Part shown: piece after piece, positions 1-9,528 of the stretch
Position numbering within the stretch: position 1 is the first letter of the stretch
Layout of the letters: each line of letters opens with the position of its first letter
NCBI GenBank assembly: GCA_963702005.1
Contig: OY969696.1
Coordinates: 3,296,001 to 3,360,000, forward strand
Reading direction: 5' to 3'
From: Candidatus Aminicenantes bacterium
Lineage (GTDB): Bacteria > Acidobacteriota > Aminicenantia > Aminicenantales > JAFGBC01
DNA length: 64,000 nt
Translations under genes and position numbers: made by a program
The notes under the pieces: model-generated
Seen by the model: the letters and a program-made list of their open reading frames with translations, nothing else
Database searches by the model: none
What the model was told of the DNA's origin: nothing

Positions 1-266
1 TGGATGTCGGAGGGCGAGGGCTTGATGATGACCTGGAACTGGAGGTGCTTCTGGACCCGGTGCGGGTTTTCGCCGTAGCGGCCGTCGGTCGGCCGGCGCG
101 AGGGTTGGACGTAGGCGACCCGCCAGGGGCGCTTGTCGAGGACGCGGAAGAAAGTGTCCGGCGTCATCGTCCCGGCCCCGACCTCGAGGTCGTAGGGCTG
201 GGCGAGGTAGCAGCCACGGCCGGTCCAGTAGCGCTGGAGGTTCATGATCAGGTCTTGGAGGCTCAT
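1..266 (-). CDS. glyQ: Glycyl-tRNA synthetase alpha subunit (5' part; runs off window start)
   Basis: Manual translation from ATG at 266: [14 protein letters not shown]...[12 protein letters not shown]...[39 protein letters not shown], the GlyQ signature. Not in the ORF track because it is truncated. Confidence 0.95.
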   Translation of the reverse strand, partial: MSLQDLIMNLQRYWTGRGCYLAQPYDLEVGAGTMTPDTFFRVLDKRPWRVAYVQPSRRPTDGRYGENPHRVQKHLQFQVIIKPSPSDI

Positions 267-285
267 CGGAGACTGGTCTCCCTCC

Positions 286-1734
286 CTACTCCGCCGGCGT
301 CCAGCGCAGGATCGGCTTCTTGGCGGCCCTCGTCTCGTCGAGCCGCCGGACGTAGGAGGCGTGGGGCGCGGCGCGCAGGACGTCGGGCGTATCGCGGGCT
401 TCGCGGGCGATCGTCATCATGGCGTCGACGAAGGCGTCCAGGTCGCGCCGGCTCTCGGTCTCGGTCGGCTCGATCATCAGGGCGCCGTGGACGATCAGGG
501 GGAAGGACATCGTCGGCGGGTGGAGGCCGAAGTCGATCAAGCGCTTGGCGATGTCGATATTCTTGATCCCCTGCTCCTGCTGGAACTTGTCCGAAAAAAC
601 GCACTCGTGGAGGGTGGGCGTCGCGTACTTGAGATGGTAGATGCCCTCGAGGCTCTTGCGGATGTAGTTCGCGTTGAGGACCGCTATCTGGGCGATTTCC
701 TTGAGCCCCTCGGGCCCGAGGGTCAGGATGTAGGCGACGGCCCTGAGGACGACCCCGAAATTGCCGCAGAAGCTCCGGACCCGTCCGATCGTTTGGGGAC
801 GGTCGCTGTCGAGGACGAGTCCTTTCTTGGTCCGCGTCACGACCGGGATCGGGAGGAACGGGATGAACTCCTTTTTGACGCCCACCGGCCCCGAGCCGGG
901 GCCGCCCCCGCCGTGGGGGGTCGAGAAGGTCTTGTGGAGGTTGACGTGGAGGACGTCGACGTTCATGTCGCCGGGCCGGGCGATGCCGGTCAGGGCGTTG
1001 AGGTTGGCGCCGTCCATATAAAGGAAGCCGCCCTTGGCGTGGACGATCTCGCCGATCCGGCAGATGTCGGCCTCGAAGACGCCGAGCGTGTTCGGGTTTG
1101 TGACCATGAGGGCGGCTACGTCCTCGCTCATGAACCGGCTGAGGTCCTCGAGGTCGATCATTCCGCGGTCGTCGGATTTAATCTGTTGGACCTTGTAGCC
1201 GCAGAGGTGGGCGCTCGAGGGGTTCGTGCCATGGGCCGAGTCGGGGATGAGGACGATCCGGCGAGGATTGCCCCGGGCCTTGAGGGCGGCCCGGATGAGC
1301 ATCATCCCGGTCAGCTCGCCGTGGGCGCCGGCGGCGGGGTGGAGGGTGAAAGCGTCCAGGCCGGCGATGGCGCACAGGAGCTCCTCAGCGGTCTTGAGGA
1401 CCTCGAGGCTGCCCTGGACGAGGTCCTCGGGCGCCTCGGGGTGGCTCCGGGCGAAGGCGGGCATCCCGGCGATCTTCTCGTTGACCTTGGGATTGTATTT
1501 CATGGTGCAGGAGCCCAGAGGATAAATTCCGAGGTCGACGCAGTAATTGGCCTGGCTGAGACGGGTGAAGTGGCGGACGATTTCTGGTTCGGCAACCTGG
1601 GGGAATCCCTCGATGCCGGTCCGGACAACCGCCTCCCGCAGCGCGTCCGGGGCGGCCGGGACATCGAGCTTGGGGAAGCGGTACGGGGTCTTGCCCTTAT
1701 CGCTGAGCTCGAAAATGAGCGATTCGCGGATCAT
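286..1734 (-). CDS. gcvPB: Glycine dehydrogenase (decarboxylating) subunit 2
   Basis: [34 protein letters not shown] (PLP lysine), [10 protein letters not shown]. Confidence 0.97.
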   Translation of the reverse strand: MIRESLIFELSDKGKTPYRFPKLDVPAAPDALREAVVRTGIEGFPQVAEPEIVRHFTRLSQANYCVDLGIYPLGSCTMKYNPKVNEKIAGMPAFARSHPEAPEDLVQGSLEVLKTAEELLCAIAGLDAFTLHPAAGAHGELTGMMLIRAALKARGNPRRIVLIPDSAHGTNPSSAHLCGYKVQQIKSDDRGMIDLEDLSRFMSEDVAALMVTNPNTLGVFEADICRIGEIVHAKGGFLYMDGANLNALTGIARPGDMNVDVLHVNLHKTFSTPHGGGGPGSGPVGVKKEFIPFLPIPVVTRTKKGLVLDSDRPQTIGRVRSFCGNFGVVLRAVAYILTLGPEGLKEIAQIAVLNANYIRKSLEGIYHLKYATPTLHECVFSDKFQQEQGIKNIDIAKRLIDFGLHPPTMSFPLIVHGALMIEPTETESRRDLDAFVDAMMTIAREARDTPDVLRAAPHASYVRRLDETRAAKKPILRWTPAE

Positions 1735-3077
1735 CGGAGCGCCTCCCGGAGGGCCTTGACCAGGCGATCGATATCGTCCTTGCGGCGCATTTCGGTGACG
1801 CAGATGAGGACGGCGTTCTTGAGCTCGGGATAATCCCGGCCCAGGCCGTAGCCGCCGACGATCCCCGCGGCGCGGAGGGCCGTCTCGACGGCGGCCCAGT
1901 CCTTCCCGAGCTCGAGGACGAACTCGTTGAAAACGGGTCCGCCGAATCTTAGATTAACTCCCTTAAGGCGGCCGAGCTCGTTCAGGGCGTAGCGAGCCTT
2001 GTGGACGTTCTGGAGGGCCCATTCCCGGAGCCCCTTCTCGCCCAGGGTCTCGAGGAACATGGTCGCCCGGACCGCGCACAGGGCTTGGTTGCTGCAGATG
2101 TTCGAGGTCGCGCTCTCGCGCCGGATGTGCTGCTCGCGTGTCGAAAGGGTCAGGACGAACCCCCGTTTGCCGTCGACGTCCACGGTCTGCCCCGCGATCC
2201 GGCCCGGCAGCTGCCGAACGAAGTCCTTGGCGCAGGCCATGAACCCGAGATACGGTCCGCCGTAGGAGAGCGGCATCCCGAAGGACTGGGCTTCGCCGGT
2301 CACAATGTCGGCGCCGAGCTTGCCGGGCGCTTCCAGGATGCCGAGCGAGGCCGCCTCGGCGACGACGGCCACCGACAGGGCCTGTTTCCCGTGGGCCAGC
2401 TCGGAGAGCGCCTTGACGTCCTCCACGACGCCGAAAAAGTTCGGGGATTGGAAGACGACGGCGGCCGTCCCGCCGTCAATCTTCTTGGCGAGGTCGCCCA
2501 GGTCAGCCCGGCCGTCCGGGCCGTAGGCGAACTCGACGGCTTCGACGCCCAGGTTCTGGATGTAGGTCCGGATGACATGCCGGTACTGAGGATGGAGCGT
2601 CCGCCCGACGAGGACCTTGGTCTTGGCCTTGACGCGGTGGGCCATCAGGACCGCTTCGGCCGCGGCGGTGGCTCCGTCATAGAGCGAGGCATTGGCGATG
2701 TCGAGGCCGCTGAGCTGGCAGATCAGGGTTTGGTACTCGAAGACGATCTGGAGCGTCCCCTGGCTGACCTCGGGCTGGTAGGGCGTGTAGGGGCTGACGA
2801 ATTCGCCCCGCGAACTCAAATAATCCACGACGCTGGGGATGAAGTGGTCGTAGGCCCCGGCCCCCAGAAAAGAGAGGTAGCGGTCATAGGCGTTCCGGCC
2901 GCCCGTCTTCTCGAAATGAGAAAGAAGCTCGGATTCGGCCAGGGGACCGGGGACGGGAAGCGGCTTGCGCAGCCGGATGGAAGAGGGGATGGACTGGAAC
3001 AAGTCGTCGAGGGTCGGGACGCCGACCTTGTCCAGCATCTCCTTTTTGTCTTTATCGCTGAGAGAAATATAGCTCAT
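1731..3077 (-). CDS. gcvPA: Glycine dehydrogenase (decarboxylating) subunit 1
   Basis: YTPYQPEVSQG, NASLYDGA, TREQHIRRESATSNICSNQAL; ATGA overlap with gcvPB. Confidence 0.97.
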   Translation of the reverse strand: MSYISLSDKDKKEMLDKVGVPTLDDLFQSIPSSIRLRKPLPVPGPLAESELLSHFEKTGGRNAYDRYLSFLGAGAYDHFIPSVVDYLSSRGEFVSPYTPYQPEVSQGTLQIVFEYQTLICQLSGLDIANASLYDGATAAAEAVLMAHRVKAKTKVLVGRTLHPQYRHVIRTYIQNLGVEAVEFAYGPDGRADLGDLAKKIDGGTAAVVFQSPNFFGVVEDVKALSELAHGKQALSVAVVAEAASLGILEAPGKLGADIVTGEAQSFGMPLSYGGPYLGFMACAKDFVRQLPGRIAGQTVDVDGKRGFVLTLSTREQHIRRESATSNICSNQALCAVRATMFLETLGEKGLREWALQNVHKARYALNELGRLKGVNLRFGGPVFNEFVLELGKDWAAVETALRAAGIVGGYGLGRDYPELKNAVLICVTEMRRKDDIDRLVKALREALR

Positions 3078-3079
3078 AC

Positions 3080-3463
3080 TCAGTGCTCGAGTCCGGCCAG
3101 GTATTTTTCATATTCGGAGGCTTTCATCAATCCGCCCAGGTCGGCCCTGTTCGCGAGCTTGAGGCGGAGGATCCACCCCTTGCCGTGGGGATCCTGGTTG
3201 ACGAGCTCGGGCCCGCCCTCGAGGTCGGCGTTGACGGCGACAACCTCGCCCGCGACCGGGCAGAAGACGTCGGAGACGGCCTTGACCGACTCGATCGTCC
3301 CGATTTTCTGATGGACGGCCAGCTTGGTCCCGACGGAGGGGAGCTCGACGTAGACGAGGTCGCCGAGCTGCTTCTGGGCGAAGTCGGTGATGCCGACCAG
3401 ACCCTGGCCGCCCTCGACCTTGATCCACTCGTGGTCCTTCGTATAGTAATAATCCGGATACAT
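3080..3463 (-). CDS. gcvH: Glycine cleavage system H protein
   Basis: YTKDHEW, GITDFAQKQLGD, ESVKA lipoyl-lysine motif. Confidence 0.97.
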   Translation of the reverse strand: MYPDYYYTKDHEWIKVEGGQGLVGITDFAQKQLGDLVYVELPSVGTKLAVHQKIGTIESVKAVSDVFCPVAGEVVAVNADLEGGPELVNQDPHGKGWILRLKLANRADLGGLMKASEYEKYLAGLEH

Positions 3464-3508
3464 GCGATACCTCCTTAGGTCTCTATCTCGACGGCGCGGG
3501 ATTCCCGC

Positions 3509-4603
3509 TCAAGCCTTTTCGGGTCTCTTGTAGAACGGCGACGGGACGACCTTGGCCCTGACGCGCTTGTCCCTGATCCCGACCTCGAACTCGGTCCCGA
3601 CCTCGGTCGCCTCGATCGGGAGATAAACTGTGCCGATCGCCTTCTTGAGGAAGGGCGCGAAGGTCCCCGAGGCGACCTGGGACACCGGCTGCCCCTTGAC
3701 GAACACAGGATAATGGGGCCGGGCGATGCCTTTGTCGACGACCTCGAACCCCACGATCTTGCGTTTGAGGCCCTCGGCCAGCTGCTTCTCCAGGACGTCC
3801 TTGCCCAGGAAGTCGCCCTTCTTGAACTTGACGATCCACTTGAGGTCGGCCTCGAGCACGGTGGTCGTGTCGTCAATATCGTTCCCATAGAGGGGGAGCC
3901 TGGCCTCGAGCCGGAGCGTATCCCGGGCGCCCAGGCCGACCGGGAGGATGCCGAATTTCTGCCCCTCGGCCAGGATGGCTTCGGCGATCTTGTCGGGCTG
4001 GGCCGAGAGCGTGTAGATCTCGAACCCGTCCTCGCCCGTGTAGCCGGTCCGGGAGACGAGGCACTCGACGCCGGCCACCTGGCCCGGGGCGGACCAGAAA
4101 TATTTCATCTCGGCCAGGTTGATCGGAGTCAGAGGCTGGAGGATCTCCCGGGCGCGCGGCCCTTGGAGGGCGAGCTGGCTCCAGGCGTCGCTGGCGTTCT
4201 CGACCTTGACGTCGAAGCCTTTGGCGTTGTCCCGGATCCAGGCGAAGTCCTTGTCCGCGTTCGAGGCGTTGACGACAAGGAAGTAGCGCTCCGGCCCCAG
4301 GCAATAGACGAGCATATCGTCGACGAACGTCCCCCGCGGAGTCGTCAGGGCCGTGTACTGAACCTGGTTTGGGGCGAGGCGGCCGGCGTCGTTCGGGGTG
4401 AGGTGCTGGACATAAGCCAGGGCGTCCTTGCCGGTGATAGCGATCTCGCCCATGTGGCCGACGTCGAACAGGCCGGCCCGGGTCCGGACGGCGATGTGCT
4501 CGTCGATGATGCCCTTGAATTCGAGGGGCATTTCCCAGCCGAAAAACTCTATCATTTTCGCGCCGAGCTTCTTATGGAGGGCGTTCAAGCGCGTCTTATT
4601 CAT
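3509..4603 (-). CDS. gcvT: Glycine cleavage system aminomethyltransferase T
   Basis: GLFDVGHMG, SRTGYTGEDGFE, GLGARDTLRLEA. Confidence 0.97.
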   Translation of the reverse strand: MNKTRLNALHKKLGAKMIEFFGWEMPLEFKGIIDEHIAVRTRAGLFDVGHMGEIAITGKDALAYVQHLTPNDAGRLAPNQVQYTALTTPRGTFVDDMLVYCLGPERYFLVVNASNADKDFAWIRDNAKGFDVKVENASDAWSQLALQGPRAREILQPLTPINLAEMKYFWSAPGQVAGVECLVSRTGYTGEDGFEIYTLSAQPDKIAEAILAEGQKFGILPVGLGARDTLRLEARLPLYGNDIDDTTTVLEADLKWIVKFKKGDFLGKDVLEKQLAEGLKRKIVGFEVVDKGIARPHYPVFVKGQPVSQVASGTFAPFLKKAIGTVYLPIEATEVGTEFEVGIRDKRVRAKVVPSPFYKRPEKA

Positions 4604-4746
4604 ATCGTATGATTCCTCTTAATCAAGGCGAAATGGAAGCCTTATAATATAACGACGTCCCCGGATTTGCAAGTCGCGGCGGGAAGCCCATCGAGATCCG
4701 ATTCGTCCTCGGGCGAAAGATAGGGTATGATGGAGGGCGAGCAACG

Positions 4747-5862
4747 ATGTTCCTGCTAAACGAGCTTATCTTTTTTTCGCCGCTCATCCTCTATGTCTAC
4801 ATCCGCGTCAGGCGGATCATCATCGCCAGGACCGGGAAGGCCGTTTGGACCGCGGTCTTTCTTCTTCTCATCCTGGCATTCCCCGCCGCCGAATCGCTCT
4901 CCCATCGGGGGGCGGGCGGATGGGCGAGATATCCGCTGATCGCCGGCTATGACGCCTGGCCCGTGCTGCTCTATCTCGTCCTGACCGTCATCCTCGCCGA
5001 CATCGCCGTCGGCGCCGCGCGGCTCCTCGGAATTCTTTCGCGCGACGAGGTCCGCTCTCCCCGCTTCCGGGCCGTCTATCTGTGTGTCGTATTGGCCCTG
5101 CCCGTCGCGATCGTCGGCGGCGGTATACTGAACTTCAATCACCTCCGCGTCAAAGACTATGCGATCGAAGTCCCCCGCAAATCCTCGGACCTCAGGGAAC
5201 TCAAGATCGCCTTCGCCGCCGATTTCCACCTTGGGGACAGGACTAGCCCCAGCTTCATGGAGACCTTCATCGCCAAGGTCAACGCGCTGGACCCCGACCT
5301 CGTGCTGATCGGAGGCGACGTCCTGGAGGGCGACCGCCGGGACGAGGACCTGGCCCGATACGAATCCCAATTCCGGCGGCTCCATTCGAGATACGGAGTC
5401 TATGGGGTCCCGGGCAACCACGAGAGATACGCCGGAGGAAGGGACGATTTCTTCGCCAAGGCCGGGATTCGGCTTCTCCAGGACGAAGTCCTCAAGATCG
5501 ACGGGGCGTTCTATCTGGCCGGGCGGAACGACGCCCGCTCCCGCGGCCGGAAGTCCGCCGCCGAACTCTTGGCGGGAACGCCCGACGATCTCCCCGTCAT
5601 CCTGCTCGACCACCGACCGACCGACCTCGACAACGTCAGCCGGACGATCGCCGACATCCAGCTCTCGGGCCACACCCACTACGGACAGCTGTTCCCGATC
5701 AATCTCATCATCAATCATCGGTACGAACTCAGCTGGGGCTACAAGAAAAAGAATCGAACGCATATCTTCGTGACCAGCGGCGTCCAGCTCTGGGGCCCGC
5801 CGGTCCGGACGGTGGGCGCCTCGGAAATCCTCTCGATTCGGGTCGCTTTCCGCGAGCCGTAA
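4747..5862 (+). CDS. Membrane-anchored calcineurin-like metallophosphoesterase (YkuE-like)
   Basis: N-terminal TM helices; DFHLG, GGD, GNHE, SGHTHYGQ motifs. Confidence 0.9.
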   Translation: MFLLNELIFFSPLILYVYIRVRRIIIARTGKAVWTAVFLLLILAFPAAESLSHRGAGGWARYPLIAGYDAWPVLLYLVLTVILADIAVGAARLLGILSRDEVRSPRFRAVYLCVVLALPVAIVGGGILNFNHLRVKDYAIEVPRKSSDLRELKIAFAADFHLGDRTSPSFMETFIAKVNALDPDLVLIGGDVLEGDRRDEDLARYESQFRRLHSRYGVYGVPGNHERYAGGRDDFFAKAGIRLLQDEVLKIDGAFYLAGRNDARSRGRKSAAELLAGTPDDLPVILLDHRPTDLDNVSRTIADIQLSGHTHYGQLFPINLIINHRYELSWGYKKKNRTHIFVTSGVQLWGPPVRTVGASEILSIRVAFREP

Positions 5863-5870
5863 GGAATGCG

Positions 5871-7514
5871 ATGAAGAAAGCCTCGCGGACGGCAGGCCCG
5901 CCGGCATCTCCCCCGCCCCGGAAACCCGCCGCCATCGAAATCAACGACAAGTTCCGGGCGGCGCTGGACTTGATGGAGGCCGGCGACCGCCACCTGTTCA
6001 TCACGGGCCGGGCGGGAACGGGCAAATCGACGCTCCTCGAATATTTCCGGGACACGACGCTGAAGCAGATCGCCGTCCTGGCGCCCACCGGGGTCGCCGC
6101 GCTCAACGTCCGGGGCCAGACCATCCACTCTTTCTGCCGCTTCAAGCCGGACATCACCCTGGATACGGTCAAGAAGCTTCCGCCAAGCAGCCGGGGCGGC
6201 CGGGCTGCTTTTAGAGGCGACGGCTCAGCCGACATCTACAAGCGCTTCGAAACGATCGTCATCGACGAGATCTCCATGGTCCGGGCCGACCTCCTCGACT
6301 GCGTCGAGAAATTCCTGCGCCTCAACGGCCCCAACCCCAAGCGGCTCTTCGGCGGCCTGCAGATGGTCTTCATCGGCGACCTCTACCAGCTCCCGCCCGT
6401 GGTCACTTCGGTTGAGCGGGCGCTTTTCGCCGGTCCCTACGAAACGCCCTACTTCTTCTCCTCCCAGATCTTCCGGAACCCCGCGTTCGCCATGGAGTTC
6501 GTCGAGCTGGAGAAAATCTACCGCCAGAGCGAGGAGGATTTCATCGGCCTGCTCAACGCCATCCGCAACCGCTCGGCCACGGACGCGGACCTCGGCCGCC
6601 TCAACGAGCGCTGCATCCCGGATTTCATCCCCCCCGACGACGAGTTCTATGTCACCCTGACCAGCACCAACGACCTGGCCTTCGAGCGCAACCGGGACAA
6701 GCTCGCCCGGTTGCCCGGCCGCCCCGCCGTTTACGAGGGCCTTATCGCCGGCGAGTTCGAGCGCTCCTCGCTGCCCACCGACGAGCGCCTCGAGCTCAAG
6801 ATCGGCGCCCAAGTCATGCTCCTCAACAACGACTCTAAAGGCCGCTGGGTCAACGGCTCGATCGGCCGCGTGGCGAAGATCGTCCGCGTCAAGGGCGAGG
6901 ATGACGTCGTCGTGGTCGAGCTTCAGGACGGCCCGACCGTGGACGTCCTGCCCAACGCCTGGGAGATCTTCCGCTTCGGCCTCGACCCGGACACCCGGAC
7001 GATCGTCTCCGAACCGATCGGCTCATTCACCCAGTATCCGCTCAAGCTCGCCTGGGCCATCACCATCCATAAGAGCCAGGGCAAGACATTCGACCGGGTC
7101 GTCATCGACTTCGGCCGCGGAACCTTCGCCCACGGCCAGGCTTACGTAGCCCTCAGCCGCTGCACGAACTTCGAGGGCTTGGTCCTCAGGAAACCCATCC
7201 GGCGCGGCCATATCCGCCTGGACTACGACATCGTCCGGTTCCTGACGCGGACGCAATACCAGAAGGCCGACGAGAAGCTGTCCTACGCGGCCAAGGTCGC
7301 GCTGATCAACGAAGCCATCAGCGAGGGCCGCGACTTGGAAATCCTGTATCTCAAGCCCGACGACACCAAGACCCGGCGCCGGATCCGAGCCGAATCCATC
7401 GAGATGTTGGACTTCAAGGGCAAGCGGTTCGAGGGCGTCGTGGCCTATTGCTACAAGCGCGAAGAGCAGCGCCATTTCCGCATCGACCGGATGCTGGAAG
7501 TCAAGGTGCTGTGA
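5871..7514 (+). CDS. Pif1/RecD-like SF1B helicase with C-terminal WYL-like domain
   Basis: GRAGTGKS, APTGVAA, DEISMV, GDLYQLPPV, YRQ, AWAITIHKSQG, QAYVALSR. C-terminal LEILY..TRRRI..AYCYKREEQRHFRIDRM matches the WYL pattern. Confidence 0.88.
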   Translation: MKKASRTAGPPASPPPRKPAAIEINDKFRAALDLMEAGDRHLFITGRAGTGKSTLLEYFRDTTLKQIAVLAPTGVAALNVRGQTIHSFCRFKPDITLDTVKKLPPSSRGGRAAFRGDGSADIYKRFETIVIDEISMVRADLLDCVEKFLRLNGPNPKRLFGGLQMVFIGDLYQLPPVVTSVERALFAGPYETPYFFSSQIFRNPAFAMEFVELEKIYRQSEEDFIGLLNAIRNRSATDADLGRLNERCIPDFIPPDDEFYVTLTSTNDLAFERNRDKLARLPGRPAVYEGLIAGEFERSSLPTDERLELKIGAQVMLLNNDSKGRWVNGSIGRVAKIVRVKGEDDVVVVELQDGPTVDVLPNAWEIFRFGLDPDTRTIVSEPIGSFTQYPLKLAWAITIHKSQGKTFDRVVIDFGRGTFAHGQAYVALSRCTNFEGLVLRKPIRRGHIRLDYDIVRFLTRTQYQKADEKLSYAAKVALINEAISEGRDLEILYLKPDDTKTRRRIRAESIEMLDFKGKRFEGVVAYCYKREEQRHFRIDRMLEVKVL

Positions 7515-7529
7515 AAATCGAGAGCCGCC

Positions 7530-8282
7530 ATGCTCGATAAAGCCAAACTCAGAAAGGTGTGGCTGTGGATTGCACTGGCCGCCGTCCTGGCCTTTGTGGC
7601 GCTAACGGCCGCCATCCTCCTGACCCTTCCCGACGTCTCCGGCCTCAGGAACCAGAATCCCTCGACGACGGCCCTCATGAAGTTCCGCCAGGATCAAGCC
7701 CGCCAAAAAGGCGGGGCCTACTCCGTCCAAAAAGAATGGGTGGATATAGACAAAGTCCCGGAGCTCCTCAAGGAGGCCGTCCGCATCACGGAAGACGCCT
7801 CGTTCTACTGGCACAAAGGAATCGACCTCGAAGAACTCAAAGAGTCTTTCAAACGGGACCTGCGCGAAGGGAAGTTCGCCCGCGGCGGAAGCACCATCAC
7901 CCAGCAGCTTGCCAAAAACCTCTACCTGTCCCCCCGAAAGAACCCTCTCCGCAAGCTCCGGGAGTATTTCATCGCCCGCCGCCTGGAAAAAGCGCTCGGC
8001 AAAGACCGGATCTTCTCGCTTTATCTCAACCTCATAGAGCTCGGCCCGGGCATCTTCGGGGTCCAGGCCGCCTCGCGCCATTATTTCGGCAAGGACGTTT
8101 CCGAACTTTCCCTGGAGGAGATCGTCCGCCTGACCGCCGTCATCCCCCGCCCGGTCACGACCGACCCGCGCGCCTCGGGAAAATGGCTCAACTGGCGCTG
8201 CCGCTATATCCTGGGAAAACTCAGGCTCTACGAAAAGATCGGCGAGGACGACTATCAAACCCTTCTTGGGACGTTTCAATAG
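7530..8282 (+). CDS. mtgA: Monofunctional peptidoglycan transglycosylase (GT51)
   Basis: EDASFYWHKGID, RGGSTITQQLAKNLYL, RKLRE, YLNLIE. Confidence 0.9.
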   Translation: MLDKAKLRKVWLWIALAAVLAFVALTAAILLTLPDVSGLRNQNPSTTALMKFRQDQARQKGGAYSVQKEWVDIDKVPELLKEAVRITEDASFYWHKGIDLEELKESFKRDLREGKFARGGSTITQQLAKNLYLSPRKNPLRKLREYFIARRLEKALGKDRIFSLYLNLIELGPGIFGVQAASRHYFGKDVSELSLEEIVRLTAVIPRPVTTDPRASGKWLNWRCRYILGKLRLYEKIGEDDYQTLLGTFQ

Positions 8283-8331
8283 GTCAGTAACGTTAATCGC
8301 CTTTGGCGGTCTAAGAGGTCCGTTCTGAGTT

Positions 8332-9486
8332 TCATAAGAACAGGAGCACGGACAAGACCGTTCCGAGCACGACAACCCAGAGAATGTCTGCTTTAAGGAG
8401 CAAAGCGACAAGCGCCCCGCCGGCGAGCAGAAGATGGGATATATCCCAATGGACGTTCAAGGCAAAACGTACGGTGACCGTCAAGAGCAGCCCTACAAAG
8501 GAACACAGCACACCGCCGATGATTTTATTGAAAGCGGGCGAAGCACGCAGACGGTCGAAATAAGGAGAGACGCCCACCACGACCATAAAAGAAGGCAAGA
8601 AGATGCTGACGGTGGCGACGACTCCGCCGAGCGGGCCGGCCAGCAGATAGCCTATGAATGTAGCGGTAATAACGATCGGCCCCGGCGTCACCTGTCCCAG
8701 AATAATCCCGTTCATGAACGTTGGGCCGTCCAACCAATGACGGACATGGACGATTTCGTGCAACATGAGAGGCACCGAAGCGAATCCGCCGCCGAAAGCG
8801 AACAGATCTATCCTGAACAGCAGGATTGCAAGGCTGAACAGAGTCCGGTCGAACAGGAAAAGCGCAAGGACGCCGATGGCGTAGACCGACAAGATAAACA
8901 AGATAGGCCTTACGGAAGGCGGGGTTCGCGGGGAAGGCTGAGGATGGATGGGCTTGGCTTGTTGGGGTTTGACGAGCGCTAATCCCGCCGCGGCGGCCAG
9001 TAGAATCACCAGGATTGGGTTCAGCTTGAGGGCGAACAATGCCGCCGCGCCGCCCGCGATGGCCAAGGACGTTCTGTCCCTCAAGGTGGTTTTTCCAAAA
9101 GACAGCGCGGCATTGGCCACGATGGCGACGATTATCGCTTGAAGGCCGCTGAAGGCCGAAATCATGATGGGAAGATCGTGAGCAAAGGAGTATACGGCGG
9201 CCAACGTCATCATTAAAAGAAAAGCGGGAAGGCCGAAGCCGATGAAACTCGCGCTCGCTCCGACGATACCCCGCAGTTTCAACCCCACATAAGCCGCCGT
9301 CTGCATGGCGGTCGCGCCGGGAATCATTTGACAAAGAGCGACGCCATCGTTGAAGGTTTCGGGGTCGAGCCAGCGTTTTTTTTCGACCGCCATTTTGCGG
9401 ATATAGGCGACCATGGAGGGGCCGCCGAAAGCGGTCGCACCCAAGCGCAAGAAGGAAGTGAATATCCGCCCTAACGATGGTTTCAG
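8332..9486 (-). CDS. chrA: Chromate efflux transporter (CHR family); start uncertain (CTG 9486 or TTG 9450)
   Basis: GATAFGGP, CQMIPGA, FAFGGG, GQVTPGP duplicated CHR halves. Frame stays open to a CTG preceded by GAGG. Confidence 0.88.
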   Translation of the reverse strand: MKPSLGRIFTSFLRLGATAFGGPSMVAYIRKMAVEKKRWLDPETFNDGVALCQMIPGATAMQTAAYVGLKLRGIVGASASFIGFGLPAFLLMMTLAAVYSFAHDLPIMISAFSGLQAIIVAIVANAALSFGKTTLRDRTSLAIAGGAAALFALKLNPILVILLAAAAGLALVKPQQAKPIHPQPSPRTPPSVRPILFILSVYAIGVLALFLFDRTLFSLAILLFRIDLFAFGGGFASVPLMLHEIVHVRHWLDGPTFMNGIILGQVTPGPIVITATFIGYLLAGPLGGVVATVSIFLPSFMVVVGVSPYFDRLRASPAFNKIIGGVLCSFVGLLLTVTVRFALNVHWDISHLLLAGGALVALLLKADILWVVVLGTVLSVLLFL

Positions 9487-9528
9487 AGCCGCCTCACTGG
9501 GCCCGACGCGGCTAAGCGTTCCGCGGCC

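Noticed and set aside
244-4612. Long plus-strand ORFs opposite the gcv genes (and similar shadow ORFs throughout)
   Set aside because: Antisense or alternate-frame artefacts of high-GC codon usage; no recognisable motifs.
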